DNA of 56,462 nt from Octopus bimaculoides. Taxonomy: Eukaryota. Both the position numbers and the translations under genes were made by a program. The notes under the pieces were generated by a model. It saw nothing but the letters and a program-made list of their open reading frames with translations, was not told the DNA's origin and made no database searches. The stretch lies in NCBI RefSeq assembly GCF_001194135.2, contig NC_068986.1:34394981-34451442 (forward strand). The letters are read 5' to 3'. Below, piece by piece: positions 12,331-25,000 of the stretch. How positions within the stretch are numbered: the first letter of the stretch is position 1; every line of letters starts with the position of its first letter.

Positions 12331-12741
12331 CATCCAACCACCCACATAAAGTTATATATATTTGTGTGTCTGTGTGTATATATATATATATATATGTATA
12401 TAATACAAATGATATATAAGCATATGCATGTATAGATACATATATGTACATACCTACATATATGTACATACCTACATATATGTACATACCTACATCTACA
12501 TGTGTATATAGATGCATCTTCAGGTATATATGTTTGTGCACACATACAAATTTTATGCATATATAGAATAGATATATATACCTAATAAATGTATGATTAT
12601 GTATATAGGGTTTATACAAATGTTTAATTGAGGTATACACACACATATGTCTACGCACATTCACACACACACACTAGGTCTTAATAGACACAAGATGTGG
12701 TCTATTTCTAGCACATTAAATGTCCACTTTAGTGGTCAACG

Positions 12742-12838
<97 letters not shown>

Positions 12839-12849
12839 TATAAACTATG

Positions 12850-13155
12850 CGTGGCTGTGTGGTAAAAAGCTTGTTTCCCAACTACATGGTTCTGGGTTCA
12901 GTTCCACTGCAAGGTACCTTGTGCAAGCGTCTTCTATTTATGTGTATGTCTCTTTGTGTCTGTATTTGTCCCTCCACCATCGCTTGACAACCGATGTTGG
13001 TGTGTTTATGCCCCAAAACTTAGTAGTTTGGCAAAAGTGACCGAACGAATAAGTACTTAAGGCTTACAAAGAATAAATCCTGGGCTTGATTTGTTCGACT
13101 AAAAATGGTGCTCCAGCATGGCTACAGTCAAATGACTGGAACATGTAAATGAGCA
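12850..13155 (+). mobile_element. SINE A1 with internal deletion of the CORE 3' part
   Basis: Head GTGGCTGTGTGGTAA and tail GCTCCAGCATGGCTACAGTCAAATGACTG. Confidence 0.88.
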
Positions 13156-13216
<61 letters not shown>

Positions 13217-13482
13217 TACACACACACACATTTTGCATGTACCGCGTCCTTGCGTTCTTGTTTTTTTCTTCGTTATTTTTTTAAGGATTAATTAGATATA
13301 TATATATATATATAGATATATATACATATATCCATATACATATACACACATATATGGATATTTATATACATTCCATATTCATATATATATATATATATAT
13401 ACATACACATATATACGTACATTATGTATATATATAAACATATGTGTATGTATATATATATACGTATATATACATATATGTG

Positions 13483-13565
<83 letters not shown>

Positions 13566-13779
13566 CATATTTATACATACACACATGTACACACAGATAA
13601 ATATATATATACCTGTATATATAGACACATATATGCACACACAGAGGGATGCATACACATATATTTCATCTGATAAAGGCAAGCGTACTGAAACTCCCAA
13701 GTTATTGTTAACTTTTCCCCCGTAAAACTTAGTAAGAATTTTCTCTACTAAAAAGTATTCCGTAATTCTTCAAGAAAGC

Positions 13780-14155
13780 TCACTTTTTAACCATATGGTT
13801 TCGGTTTTGCTACCACCGCACGGCATCTTCGGCAAGTGTTTTATATTATAGTGCCAGGCCAGCCAATGTCTTGTAAGTAAATATGGCTGATGAGAACAGT
13901 GTAGGACCCTGCCATATATTGTGTGGTTGTTTGTGTTTGTCCTTGTCCATTCGCCACCACTTAACTGGTGTTGGTTTGTTTATGTCTCCATAACTTTGCT
14001 GTTTGGCAAAAGAGATGATAATATGAATTACTAAGCTTAAGAAGAATATTTAGTCCTGGGGTTGATTTATGCAACTACACCCTTCAATGCAGTGCCCCAG
14101 CATGGCCTTGGTTCAGTGGTTGGCTGATCCGACTAAGTTGAAATAGAAATAAAAA
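13780..14155 (+). mobile_element. Degenerate SINE A1
   Basis: Diverged CORE-like, 3' domain and CCCCAGCATGGCC tail motifs. Confidence 0.7.
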
Positions 14156-14300
14156 AAGATACAACTTCTCATAAAAACAAACATTAATAAACTTATAAAA
14201 AATGTATAGACTCACACTTATGTGTATTTGTTTGTGTGTGCACACATATGCGTATGCATATGTATGCACAAAAAGTGTATATATTTGTACATATATCAAC

Positions 14301-14332
<32 letters not shown>

Positions 14333-14371
14333 TTATTTAAAATGCAGAGATGCCTATAACAGGACATCTAC

Positions 14372-14518
14372 TCGCTAGAAATAGCAGCAAAAGACTACAT
14401 ACCACAAAAGTTAGGGATAATTTCGAAAGGAAATGAAAGGAATAATTTCGAAAGGAATTCCTTTCGAAATTATCCCTAACTTTTGTGGTATGTAGTCTTT
14501 TGCTGCTATTTCTAGCGA
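14372..14518. repeat. Perfect 61-bp inverted repeat with 25-bp spacer, abutting an N gap
   Basis: 14372-14432 is the exact reverse complement of 14458-14518. Confidence 0.95.
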
Positions 14519-15033
14519 NNNNNNNNNNNNNNNNNNNNNNNNNNNNNNNNNNNNNNNNNNNNNNNNNNNNNNNNNNNNNNNNNNNNNNNNNNNNNNNNNN
14601 NNNNNNNNNNNNNNNNNNNNNNNNNNNNNNNNNNNNNNNNNNNNNNNNNNNNNNNNNNNNNNNNNNNNNNNNNNNNNNNNNNNNNNNNNNNNNNNNNNNN
14701 NNNNNNNNNNNNNNNNNNNNNNNNNNNNNNNNNNNNNNNNNNNNNNNNNNNNNNNNNNNNNNNNNNNNNNNNNNNNNNNNNNNNNNNNNNNNNNNNNNNN
14801 NNNNNNNNNNNNNNNNNNNNNNNNNNNNNNNNNNNNNNAGGCCTTCGGTCAGCCAGAGCATTTTGATAGAGTTAGGCATGTGATATCTGAATGAGGTTAA
14901 TTATATATGTATATGTGCATGTGTGTTTGTTTACATTTGCACTCTGCAATAGTCACGGTCTGTGAGCTTTGTGCTATGTATGACATAACTAATAGGTATA
15001 CAGTATATATATTTATAGATACACATTTTCCCA

Positions 15034-15085
<52 letters not shown>

Positions 15086-15187
15086 TATATAAGTGTTTGT
15101 GTGTATGTGCATATATAAAAATTACATTCATTTATATGTTTAGAAGTGTTTATATAAATGCTGTGCACATACACATGTACCTATATA

Positions 15188-15421
15188 TTTATTTCTTTAT
15201 TTCTTTATTGCCCACAGGGGGCTAAACATAGAGGTGACAAACAAGGACAGACAAGGGTTTAAGTTGATTACATCAACTCCAGTGTGTAACTGGTACTTAT
15301 TTAATCGACCCCCGAAAGGATGGAAGGCAAAGTCGACCTCAGCGGAATTTGAACATAAAAACAGACGAAATGCTGCTAAGCATTTTCCCTGGTGTGCTAA
15401 TGATTCTGCCAGCTCGCCACC
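15188..15421 (-). mobile_element. SINE family B, variant 3' end with (AAAGAAAT)n tail
   Basis: Head and central domain as in B, but GTTTGTCACCTCTATGTTTAGCCCCCTGTGGGCAATAAAGAAAT 3' region. Confidence 0.88.
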
Positions 15422-15991
15422 TATATGTGCTTATATAATATATTCATGTGTACATACACTGTTATATGTATATGAGATAACTTGAAAACTAAGTAAGGGT
15501 TAGTGATAGGAAAGGCATAAAGCTGCAAAACCAATATCTCAGTATGAGCATCTAACCCATGATGGTATGGAACACAGGTAGAACAACTGAAGTAGTGTGT
15601 GTGTGTGTACACATATTTACACACACATATACACACGTATGTATATATATGTGTATGTATATATACACATGCATATATATGTATATGTACATGCATATAT
15701 ATATATATGTATATCCATGTTGGCTATGCTCCTTATTTTATGTGCATAAATGAGGCACAGGCATAATAGATGCACCCAGGTTTCAGTGGCACCCCAGGAG
15801 AAAAAGGGTTTTAGCACATTAAAGCCTTATGGAAGGGCCTGACTTTGTATTATCAAATCCAGGGTCACAGTTTGAAGCATGTTTTTAGAAAAACATGAAT
15901 CTCCTGTTCCATCAGATATAGTGTGTATGTGTGCACGTGCACACACACACACATACGCATATATATATTATGTTTATATTATATGTATGTA

Positions 15992-16025
<34 letters not shown>

Positions 16026-16205
16026 ATGTTTATGTTATATGTATATATATATCTTCATTATTTAATGTCCTGATGTATGGTTAAAATGTTTCCTTTGTCA
16101 TTCCTAATTGCATTCAAGTCTCTTCCTGTTGAATTGATCTAACCCAATATAAATGAACTTAGGCTTGGTATATATGTTTGTTTGTTTGCATTTGTGCGTT
16201 TGTCC

Positions 16206-16244
<39 letters not shown>

Positions 16245-16304
16245 TACAGATGTCCAAACATTATGTATAGTATGCATGTGCATCTATATAGATATTGTTA
16301 TACA

Positions 16305-16950
16305 TGCTTCACTGTGTAGTTGAGAAACTTGCTTTCCATCCATGCGGGTCTGAGATTAGTTCTACTGCATAGCACCATGGCCAAAGTCTTCTACTTTAGC
16401 CCCGGGCCAATGAAAGCCTTATTAGTGGATTCAATGGACAGTAACTGAAGGAATAACGTGTGTGTGTGTATTTTAACATCGTTATGGTTGTATATAATTT
16501 AGGCCGCATGCAGGCAGAATTGTTAGCGCACTGTGAAAAATACTTAATGCCATCTCATCCGCCTTTACATTCTAAGTTCAAATTCCACCAAAGTTGATTT
16601 TGCCTCTCAGTCTTTTGATTGGGGGAGTTGATGAAAGATCTACCAGTTGAACACTGGGGTTGATATAATTGATTAGGGCAACGCCCCCCCCATTCCCAAA
16701 CACGCTGGCTTTGTGTTAAAATTTGAAACCATCATGTCAATAACGGTTTTGGATTGGTAAATAAGCATCTCTGTCTTATATAAGCGATGTTGTTTGTTTC
16801 CGATCTCCTATGAAAAAAACATGTCTGGCCATAGGGAAATATTAACTTGACTGGAAACAGGTGATGGCGGGCAACACCAACGGCAAATCCATCTCAACAA
16901 ATTCTGTCTGACACATGCAAGACTGGAAATGTGTGCATTAAATGTTGATG
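16305..16950 (+). mobile_element. Old SINE A2 interrupted by a SINE B (16500-16735)
   Basis: A head/CORE 16305-16460; B head and central domain 16500-16735; A2 body AAAACATGTCTGGCCATAGGGAAATATT and RTE-type tail after it. Confidence 0.75.
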
Positions 16951-17227
16951 GTATATACAGGTGTGTGTGTGTGTGTGTGTACCTGCATATGTCAATATGT
17001 GTTTGTTTCACCATGCCTTTCAACAGTGGCAGCTTGGTTAAGGACTCCCGAAGAATATTTTTTTCTGCTATATTGTGACCTGTAATGGCATAGAAAATTG
17101 TTTGCGGTTTGGAAATTTATGCATGGGTTGGTACCAGGATGGGCATCTGATTGCAAAGTGCTGCCGGAGCGATTCTTTTACAACCCACACCCAAATTTTA
17201 TTGCATCTTCTTTATTTTTTTTCTCAC

Positions 17228-17263
17228 CTTATTAAAAGGATAGGCAGGAAATTTAAAGGTGAA
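17228..17263 (-). CDS. Candidate 36-nt internal exon (FTFKFPAYPFNK in phase 0)
   Basis: Acceptor TTTATTTTCTTTTTTGATTTACCAG|, donor AAG|GTGAGA, length 3n, two open frames; no homology recognised. Confidence 0.25.
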
Positions 17264-17480
17264 CTGGTAAATCAAAAAAGAAAATAAATTTTTAAGTACA
17301 CTGCGTGTGTGTGTGTGTGTGTGTATGTATGTGTGTTTGGGTCACAAGTCAGAGTGGAAAAGTGTACTTGAAAATGTTAGAGTGGATTAATAATATTTGT
17401 TCAAAGCTGAGTTAGTGAGATTGACTGACTCTAAGTAGTTACTCATGTGGACTTAGTTTGGAATAAACATTTTAAATACG

Positions 17481-17654
17481 TGTGTGTGTGTGTGTATATG
17501 CGGTTTGTTCCCCACCGCTGCTTGGCAACTGATACTGGTATGTTTACATCCCTGCAACTTAGCGGACTCAGTCCCACTGCATGGCACCTTGGGCAAATGT
17601 CTTCTACTATAGCCTTCAGTGAATTTGGTAGACAGAAACTGAAAGAAGCCCATC

Positions 17655-17700
<46 letters not shown>

Positions 17701-17891
17701 TTGTGTGTGTTTTGTTTTGTTCCTGGCCATGACTTGAAAACAGGTGTTTATATCCCTGCAACTTAATGAATTTTATCCCACTGCATGGTGCCTTGAGCAA
17801 GTGTCTTCCATAATCTTGTGAGTAAATTTTGTGGAGGGAAACTTAAAGAAGCCTCTGTATGTGTGTGTGTGTGTATATATACATACATATT

Positions 17892-17951
<60 letters not shown>

Positions 17952-18110
17952 ATATATACATAGTGTTTTGTTTCTGCCTGCTGCTTGAAAATTGGTGTTA
18001 GTTTGTTTATGTCCCCATAATCAGTCTGACTGTAGGGCATTTTAGGCAAGTGTTTTCTACGATAATCTTGGGCCCACCAATTCTTTGGAAGTGTAGTTAG
18101 TGGGTAATAT
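17481..18110 (+). repeat. Tandem array of about 3 circularly permuted SINE A units
   Basis: Order [3' domain]-[B-box/CORE]-[microsatellite] repeats, with junctions near 17565, 17770 and 18021. Confidence 0.8.
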
Positions 18111-19113
18111 GGATTTATTACTTCAGGCATTATTCAATCAAGACGAGACTTATACCTACACCACCGAATGATAGCTATAGGTAGATATGTATATACACAC
18201 ACATATGGAAGTACATAGGTATATGCTTGTAAATAAATATGTATGTTATGCATATTTGTTTGTATGAAAATATATTTGTCTATATATATATATATNNNNN
18301 NNNNNNNNNNNNNNNNNNNNNNNNNNNNNNNNNNNNNNNNNNNNNNNNNNNNNNNNNNNNNNNNNNNNNNNNNNNNNNNNNNNNNNNNNNNNNNNNNNNN
18401 NNNNNNNNNNNNNNNNNNNNNNNNNNNNNNNNNNNNNNNNNNNNNNNNNNNNNNNNNNNNNNNNNNNNNNNNNNNNNNNNNNNNNNNNNNNNNNNNNNNN
18501 NNNNNNNNNNNNNNNNNNNNNNNNNNNNNNNNNNNNNNNNNNNNNNNNNNNNNNNNNNNNNNNNNNNNNNNNNNNNNNNNNNNNNNNNNNNNNNNNNNNN
18601 NNNNNNNNNNNNNNNNNNNNNNNNNNNNNNNNNNNNNNNNNNNNNNNNNNNNNNNNNNNNNNNNNNNNNNNNNNNNNNNNNNNNNNNNNNNNNNNNNNNN
18701 NNNNNNNNNNNNNATATATATATATATATATATATATATACACGTATATACACATATTGACGGGAATATCTAACTATATTATGTATGTAGTAAAGCATAT
18801 GTATTTATCTGGTTGCATACACACCTATTGCGTTTTAATTAATACTTCGTACACAAGAATAATTCCTGAATCACACCAAGATGCTTATGTGTTTCCTGAA
18901 ATATGTCTATATTAAATATTATTTTTATATGGCTACACTTAAGACAAAAATAAATCTCGTCTCTGTGCGAATATTATCATCTATCCAGTGTTTATGTACT
19001 TTGTATAATGAGTTTAATACACATTTCTGAGTATGTATAAATTTCATTTAAATATATGAGGCATTTTCTCACTTACGTTATATATGTGTGTGTGTGTATT
19101 TATCAATGCTTTT

Positions 19114-19144
<31 letters not shown>

Positions 19145-19676
19145 CACACACATACACCTGTGGTAAATACCCATGCTAAATGGTATTTTATGATTGATAT
19201 GTCTTATGTTATTTTATATACGTTTCTTCAGCACATATACACTAGTTTATGATCATAGTTCTTTCTAGTCGATAAATATGATATACAATATAATATGATA
19301 TAATATATATATATTACTGCAATGTGTGTGTTTGTATATATTTGTGTATATGTACATATACATACATACATACATACATAGACATACATAGGTATAAGTA
19401 TTTTTATATATAAACATATATATATTACAGATATTGTTTCATTGTTATATATATATTTATATGTATGTGTACATATATATCTTTATGTGCACATTTATGT
19501 ATGTATCTATATATGAATATATTGTACATTTACATATATTCATATGCTCATAGTTTTATATATTTATATTTATACATACATCTATATAGATATATTTATA
19601 TGTATGTATGCTTATATATATATGTGTGTGCATATATTTGTGTCTATATATGTATGTGTATTATGTCTGTGTGTGT

Positions 19677-19749
<73 letters not shown>

Positions 19750-21257
19750 TACACATACACAGTTCTTATGATATACATGTATATTTATATTTTAATATAT
19801 ATATATATATATATCATTTGTTTACATGTATATTGTCATGCACACATTATCATATGTTTGTTGGTGAATCAAGTATCACCTTTCGATTCCTCATTAGTGC
19901 AATTTAATTTATTTCTGTATTAACAATTTAATAATTATTAACATTTCATTACGTTATATTTAGTTACAAAGACTCCTGTCGAGTCTTGAATGCCATGTTT
20001 TCACGAGCGTGTCGCTAATGTGAATGTGTGTCATTCATGCCTCTACACTCACTATTTCTCTTAGTCACTTTTATTAAAATCTCTGGAAAACACTAAATCT
20101 GAAACAAACACAGTTTTCATTTTTAAGTATAACAATTAAAGCTCACATTGTAGTGAGAGAAGAGCGTGTTGAAGATTGATGGTTTGTTTAGGAAGTAGAA
20201 CTAAACACACTCACTCACACACACGTGCACGCATCAAGTCAGTGCTCTCCACACTCAGACATACATACACATGCCTTTTTATATGCATATCTATGCCCTC
20301 ATGGAATGTCATCACCTTTAGTGTCTGTACTATGTGAATTCTCTCCCCTGGAGATAGATGAAATGCTTGTCTTATCAAAAGTGATTGCTTGTGACACAGA
20401 AAGTCGGTTTTTGTCCTTTTGATCTTATATGGATGTGGGTTTCCACCTGCCTTGGGCCTTCTTTAAACCTTTACATGTAACAGATATATCTTTGCTGCGG
20501 ATTTATTGCTTCTCCTTTTAAGAAGGGTCCCTTCCCCCCCCCCTCCTGTTTTCCGATCTTTATTTCTCTGAAGTTTCGGTTGTAAAATAGCGATTATATT
20601 TCTCCCTGTGTTTTGAGTGTGTGTGAGAGAATATATATATATATATATATATATATANNNNNNNNNNNNNNNNNNNNNNNNNNNNNNNNNNNNNNNNNNN
20701 NNNNNNNNNNNNNNNNNNNNNNNNNNNNNNNNNNNNNNNNNNNNNNNNNNNNNNNNNNNNNNNNNNNNNNNNNNNNNNNNNNNNNNNNNNNNNNNNNNNN
20801 NNNNNNNNNNNNNNNNNNNNNNNNNNNNNNNNNNNNNNNNNNNNNNNNNNNNNNNNNNNNNNNNNNNNNNNNNNNNNNNNNNNNNNNNNNNNNNNNNNNN
20901 NNNNNNNNNNNNNNNNNNNNNNNNNNNNNNNNNNNNNNNNNNNNNNNNNNNNNNNNNNNNNNNNNNNNNNNNNNNNNNNNNNNNNNNNNNNNNNNNNNNN
21001 NNNNNNNNNNNNNNNNNNNNNNNNNNNNNNNNNNNNNNNNNNNNNNNNNNNNNNNNNNNNNNNNNNNNNNNNNNNNNNNNNNNNNNNNNNNNNNNNNNNN
21101 NNNNNNNNNNNNNNNNNNNNNNNNNNNNNNNNNNNNNNNNNNNNNNNNNNNNNNNNNNNNNNNNNNNNNNNNNNNNNNNNNNNNNNNNNNNNNNNNNNNN
21201 NNNNNNNNNNNNNNNNNNNNNNNNNNNNNNNNNNNNNNNNNNNNNNNNNNNNNNNNN

Positions 21258-21322
<65 letters not shown>

Positions 21323-21324
<2 letters not shown>

Positions 21325-21497
21325 CGCAGGTGTGGCTGTGTGGTAAGTAGCTTGCTTTCCAACCACATGATTCCGAGTTCAGTCCCACTGCGTGGCATCG
21401 AGTGGATTTGGTAGGCGGAAACTGAAAGAAGCCTGTCGTATATATGTATACATATGTGTGTGTGTATGTTTGTGTGTCTGTGTTTGTCCCCCTAGCA
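21323..21497 (+). mobile_element. SINE A, internally deleted and 3'-truncated
   Basis: GGCGCAGGTGTGGCTGTGTGGTAAGTAGC head; CORE segment missing between GGCATC and GAGTGGATTTGG. Confidence 0.9.
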
Positions 21498-21689
21498 CAA
21501 TCTATTCATCTATTTTCATCTTATCTCTGCTCCCTCCCTGACCACCACCCAACGCACCCCTAAATTGTGTATAGCCATGTGGACCCTCTACAGCAAGAAA
21601 CTTATTCTATTCTGATTGTTTCTCTCATACTTTAACTCCTCATCTCCTGGCATAAAAGCTACCTCTTTCAGGGGTCGTAGTCTTTTCAA

Positions 21690-21905
21690 ATTGCATGGCA
21701 GCCATGCTTAGTATTGGTAGTACAAAAACAAACACAAAGAAACACCCCATACATGCAGCAAAGTGGTTGGCATTAGGAAGGTCATTCAGTCATAAAACCT
21801 ATGCCAAAGTAGACAGTAGAGCAGGATACACTTCTTTGTCCCGTTGGGTCTTGTCAAACCATGCAATCCATGCCAGCATGAAACAAAAACATTAAATGAT
21901 GATGT
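21690..21905 (+). mobile_element. RTE-type LINE 3' UTR/tail fragment
   Basis: GTGGTTGGCATTAGGAAGG...CCATGCCAGCATGAAAC..ATTAAATGATGATG matches the tail of the RTE at 35442. Confidence 0.8.
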
Positions 21906-21910
21906 TTATC

Positions 21911-21957
<47 letters not shown>

Positions 21958-22169
21958 NNNNNNNNNNNNNNNNNNNNNNNNNNNNNNNNNNNNNNNNNNN
22001 NNNNNNNNNNNNNNNNNNNNNNNNNNNNNNNNNNNNNNNNNNNNNNNNNNNNNNNNNNNNNNNNNNNNNNNNNNNNNNNNNNNNNNNNNNNNNNNNNNNN
22101 NNNNNNNNNNNNNNNNNNNNNNNNNNNNNNNNNNNNNNNNNNNNNNNNNNNNNNNNNNNNNNNNNNNNN

Positions 22170-22216
<47 letters not shown>

Positions 22217-22274
22217 GTGTGTGTGTGTGTGCGTATATGAATATTCACACGTGTTCAGCTGCTGTTTCATTAAT

Positions 22275-23195
22275 GAACATTTGTATGACTGGAACTGCAA
22301 AAGCTGAATCATTTGAATGTAGATGGAGTTATATCTCAATTTTGCAAAGGCCTTTGATAAAGGTGATCCTGATCATGAAATGATATGTCCTAAAGCTGCA
22401 TGATTTCAGCATGGTTCGGATTCTAGGAAGATGGTTGCATAACTTTTTAGAAAGTAGCAGTTGTGCGGTAGCAGCCAACAATGTTTTCTCAGGGACCTGT
22501 ACTAGGGCCATTGTTGTTTTTGGCTCTTTCAGTTATAACCCTGAATCGTTCCAACATTCCAGCAGCACTTCTCACTAGCTACCCTAATTGTACAAAAGTA
22601 TCCCAGGCAATTAAGAACCCTGATGATACCACATAGCTACAGTGAGTGCCATATACAAATGAGCTGAAAATGGAAAGCATGCTGTACAATGCTGTAAAAT
22701 TTTCATATGATCCATTATCCCATAAAACTGTCTCAGAATACTCTGGACTAGGAAGGATTGTAATCCCCAAATCACAATCAGTGCATGACTGGAATCTATG
22801 AGTAATGATGCATCATCCCGTCACATATTACTAAGATGACAACAATGTGCAGACAACTGACTGGCTTGATTCTGAGATCATTCAGAAGAAGAGAACAGAA
22901 AGCCATGTTGTTCCCGTAGAAGCCGTTTGAACTATTGCTCCCAATTACGGTCACTACATGGTGCCAAAATAACTATGTAACTTGGCAATCTAACACTATT
23001 ACATTTAGAATATTGTTTCAGTGTAACTGTTGAGCTACTGGCAGAGGTTGACAGAACTGAGGCACTTAACTCTGGAGTGAAGATGTGAGTGATCCAGTGT
23101 CATTTATATAAAAGACCCTGGAGGGTGTGGTACCAAACTTAAAGATTGGAAGCTATATTGACCCAGTCTATGAACTGGTCACTCTATCAGAGCAC
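22275..23195 (+). mobile_element. Decayed CR1/L2-clade LINE reverse transcriptase remnant
   Basis: Frameshifted translation gives ..LNFAKAFDK.., LGRWLHNFLES, QGPVLGPLLF (VPQGxxLGP motif), KVSQAIKNPDD, LTGLILRSF, LSYWQRLTEL, LEGVVPN. Confidence 0.85.
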
Positions 23196-23863
23196 AGTTT
23201 TGCCAATTCAGAAGAGAGAAAGAGAGTGGAAAATTGTTCCTGGTATTTGACTGATACTTTATTTATTGACCCTGGGAGGGATGAAGTGTAGAGTTGATGC
23301 CAGTGGGATTCGAACACATGTATATGTGCATCCTAGCAGGCGTTTTTTCTTGCTCTTGTGAAGATTAACCGTGCAAGTGTTTTCGTCAGTTCATCGTAGC
23401 GTTTGTTGTTGATTTTTGAGGCAGTGTTTTGCGCTAAACTTTTTCACTATTCCTTATGACCTACAAACCCAGTGCAGTCATTCTACAGTTGAATTGGAGA
23501 CAGTAACATATGGGAATGTATATATATATATATATATAAGANNNNNNNNNNNNNNNNNNNNNNNNNNNNNNNNNNNNNNNNNNNNNNNNNNNNNNNNNNN
23601 NNNNNNNNNNNNNNNNNNNNNNNNNNNNNNNNNNNNNNNNNNNNNNNNNNNNNNNNNNNNNNNNNNNNNNNNNNNNNNNNNNNNNNNNNNNNNNNNNNNN
23701 NNNNNNNNNNNNNNNNNNNNNNNNNNNNNNNNNNNNNNNNNNNNNNNNNNNNNNNNNNNNNNNNNNNNNNNNNNNNNNNNNNNNNNNNNNNNNNNNNNNN
23801 NNNNNNNNNNNNNNNNNNNNNNNNNNNNNNNNNNNNNNNNNNNNNNNNNNNNNNNNATATATA

Positions 23864-24214
23864 GGCGCAGGTGTGGCTGTGTGGTAAGAAGCTTGTTTCC
23901 CAACCACATGGCTCCAGGTTCAGTCCCACTGCATGGCACCTTGGACAAGTGTGTTTTACTATAGCCTCAGGCTGACCAAAGCCTTGTGAGTGGATTTGGT
24001 CGACAGAAACTGAAAGAAGCCTGTCATTATATATATATTTATGTGTGTGTATGTTTGTACTTGTTCCCCCGCCATCGCTTGACAATGAATGTTGGCGTGT
24101 TTACATCCTCAAAACTTAGCGGTTCAGCAAAAGAGACTGATAGAATAAGTACTAGGCTTGCAAAGGCAGTGCTCCAGCATGGCCACAGGCAAATGACTGA
24201 GACAAGTAAAAGAA
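23864..24214 (+). mobile_element. Full-length SINE A1, inserted into the 3' end of the maT-type element
   Basis: Head to GACAAGTAAAAGAA tail; flanked by (AT)n. Confidence 0.93.
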
Positions 24215-24227
24215 TATATATATATAT

Positions 24228-25000
24228 CTACCAAAATTACATTAAAATATCTTGAATTACTAAAGAGTAAATTTATTCAATAAAATTGTCATTGGCTTCA
24301 ACCATGGCTTCCAGATGACTTTGGAATCTCCTGCAACTCTTCTGGACAGTCTCCTTGTTTAAGTTGGTGAATGCTGCCATAATCTTTGCCTTCAGTTCAT
24401 CTTTGGTATTACTAGGTGTGTTGTTGGTCTCTTGCTCAACTGCTTCCCATCAAATAATCAAGGGGGTTGCAGTCTGGGGAGTTAGGTGGTCAGATGTTAG
24501 GGGTGATGTTGCAGAAATTGTCTGACAGCCATGACTGGGTTCTCCTGGCATGGTGCAGAGTGCTATTACCAGACATAGGGTCTTCCAGCAGCCACACTCT
24601 TGACCCAGGGTAGCACACATCCTCCAGGCACTGATGTGGGCCTCTGTATTGAGCCGGAGGCTGTGTGGGAAGATGAATGGAGGCATAACATTGCCATCAT
24701 ACCAAACACCATGATGTGACTGGATGTTTAATTTTTATCACTCTCGGTACATGTCCTCAGATTGACACCCAAACACTCTGAAATGTTTGTAGTGAAGCTT
24801 CTGGTATGAATGCCAAGCAGCACAGCCTGTCATTTCCAATTTTTTGTAAGAGTGAATTGCATCATGATGCTGTTTTTCTCACAGATGATGCCCAACTGAC
24901 CCTACTATACTGTGTAGTCAGCAAAATCAAAAACAAACAATGCACATGCATGAAATTAAAAATATAAAATGGTGACAATTTACCCATCACACTCTGCATA
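24228..25000 (-). mobile_element. Internally deleted Tc1/mariner DD37D (maT/Bmmar1-like) transposon
   Basis: Minus-strand remnants KHPV.IMVFG, MPPFIFPHSLRLNTE, GRPYVW, SWLSDNF, PNSPDCNPLDY, KDELKA.IMAAFTNLNKETV, AMVEANDNFIE*; TIR-like end near 24970-25000. Confidence 0.85.

Noticed and set aside
11548-12670. Long ORFs containing X runs (also about 20.5-21.4, 42.7-43.7 and 44.9-45.8 kb)
   Set aside because: They only span N gaps, so there is no coding evidence
17481-18110. Repeat-spacer-like periodicity (CRISPR-like)
   Set aside because: Units are about 200-260-bp diverged SINE pieces with microsatellite spacers in a eukaryotic context; no cas genes
22873-22882. TGAGATCATT, identical to the bantam miRNA 5' end
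   Set aside because: Lies inside the CR1 RT remnant; no hairpin and no 3' match
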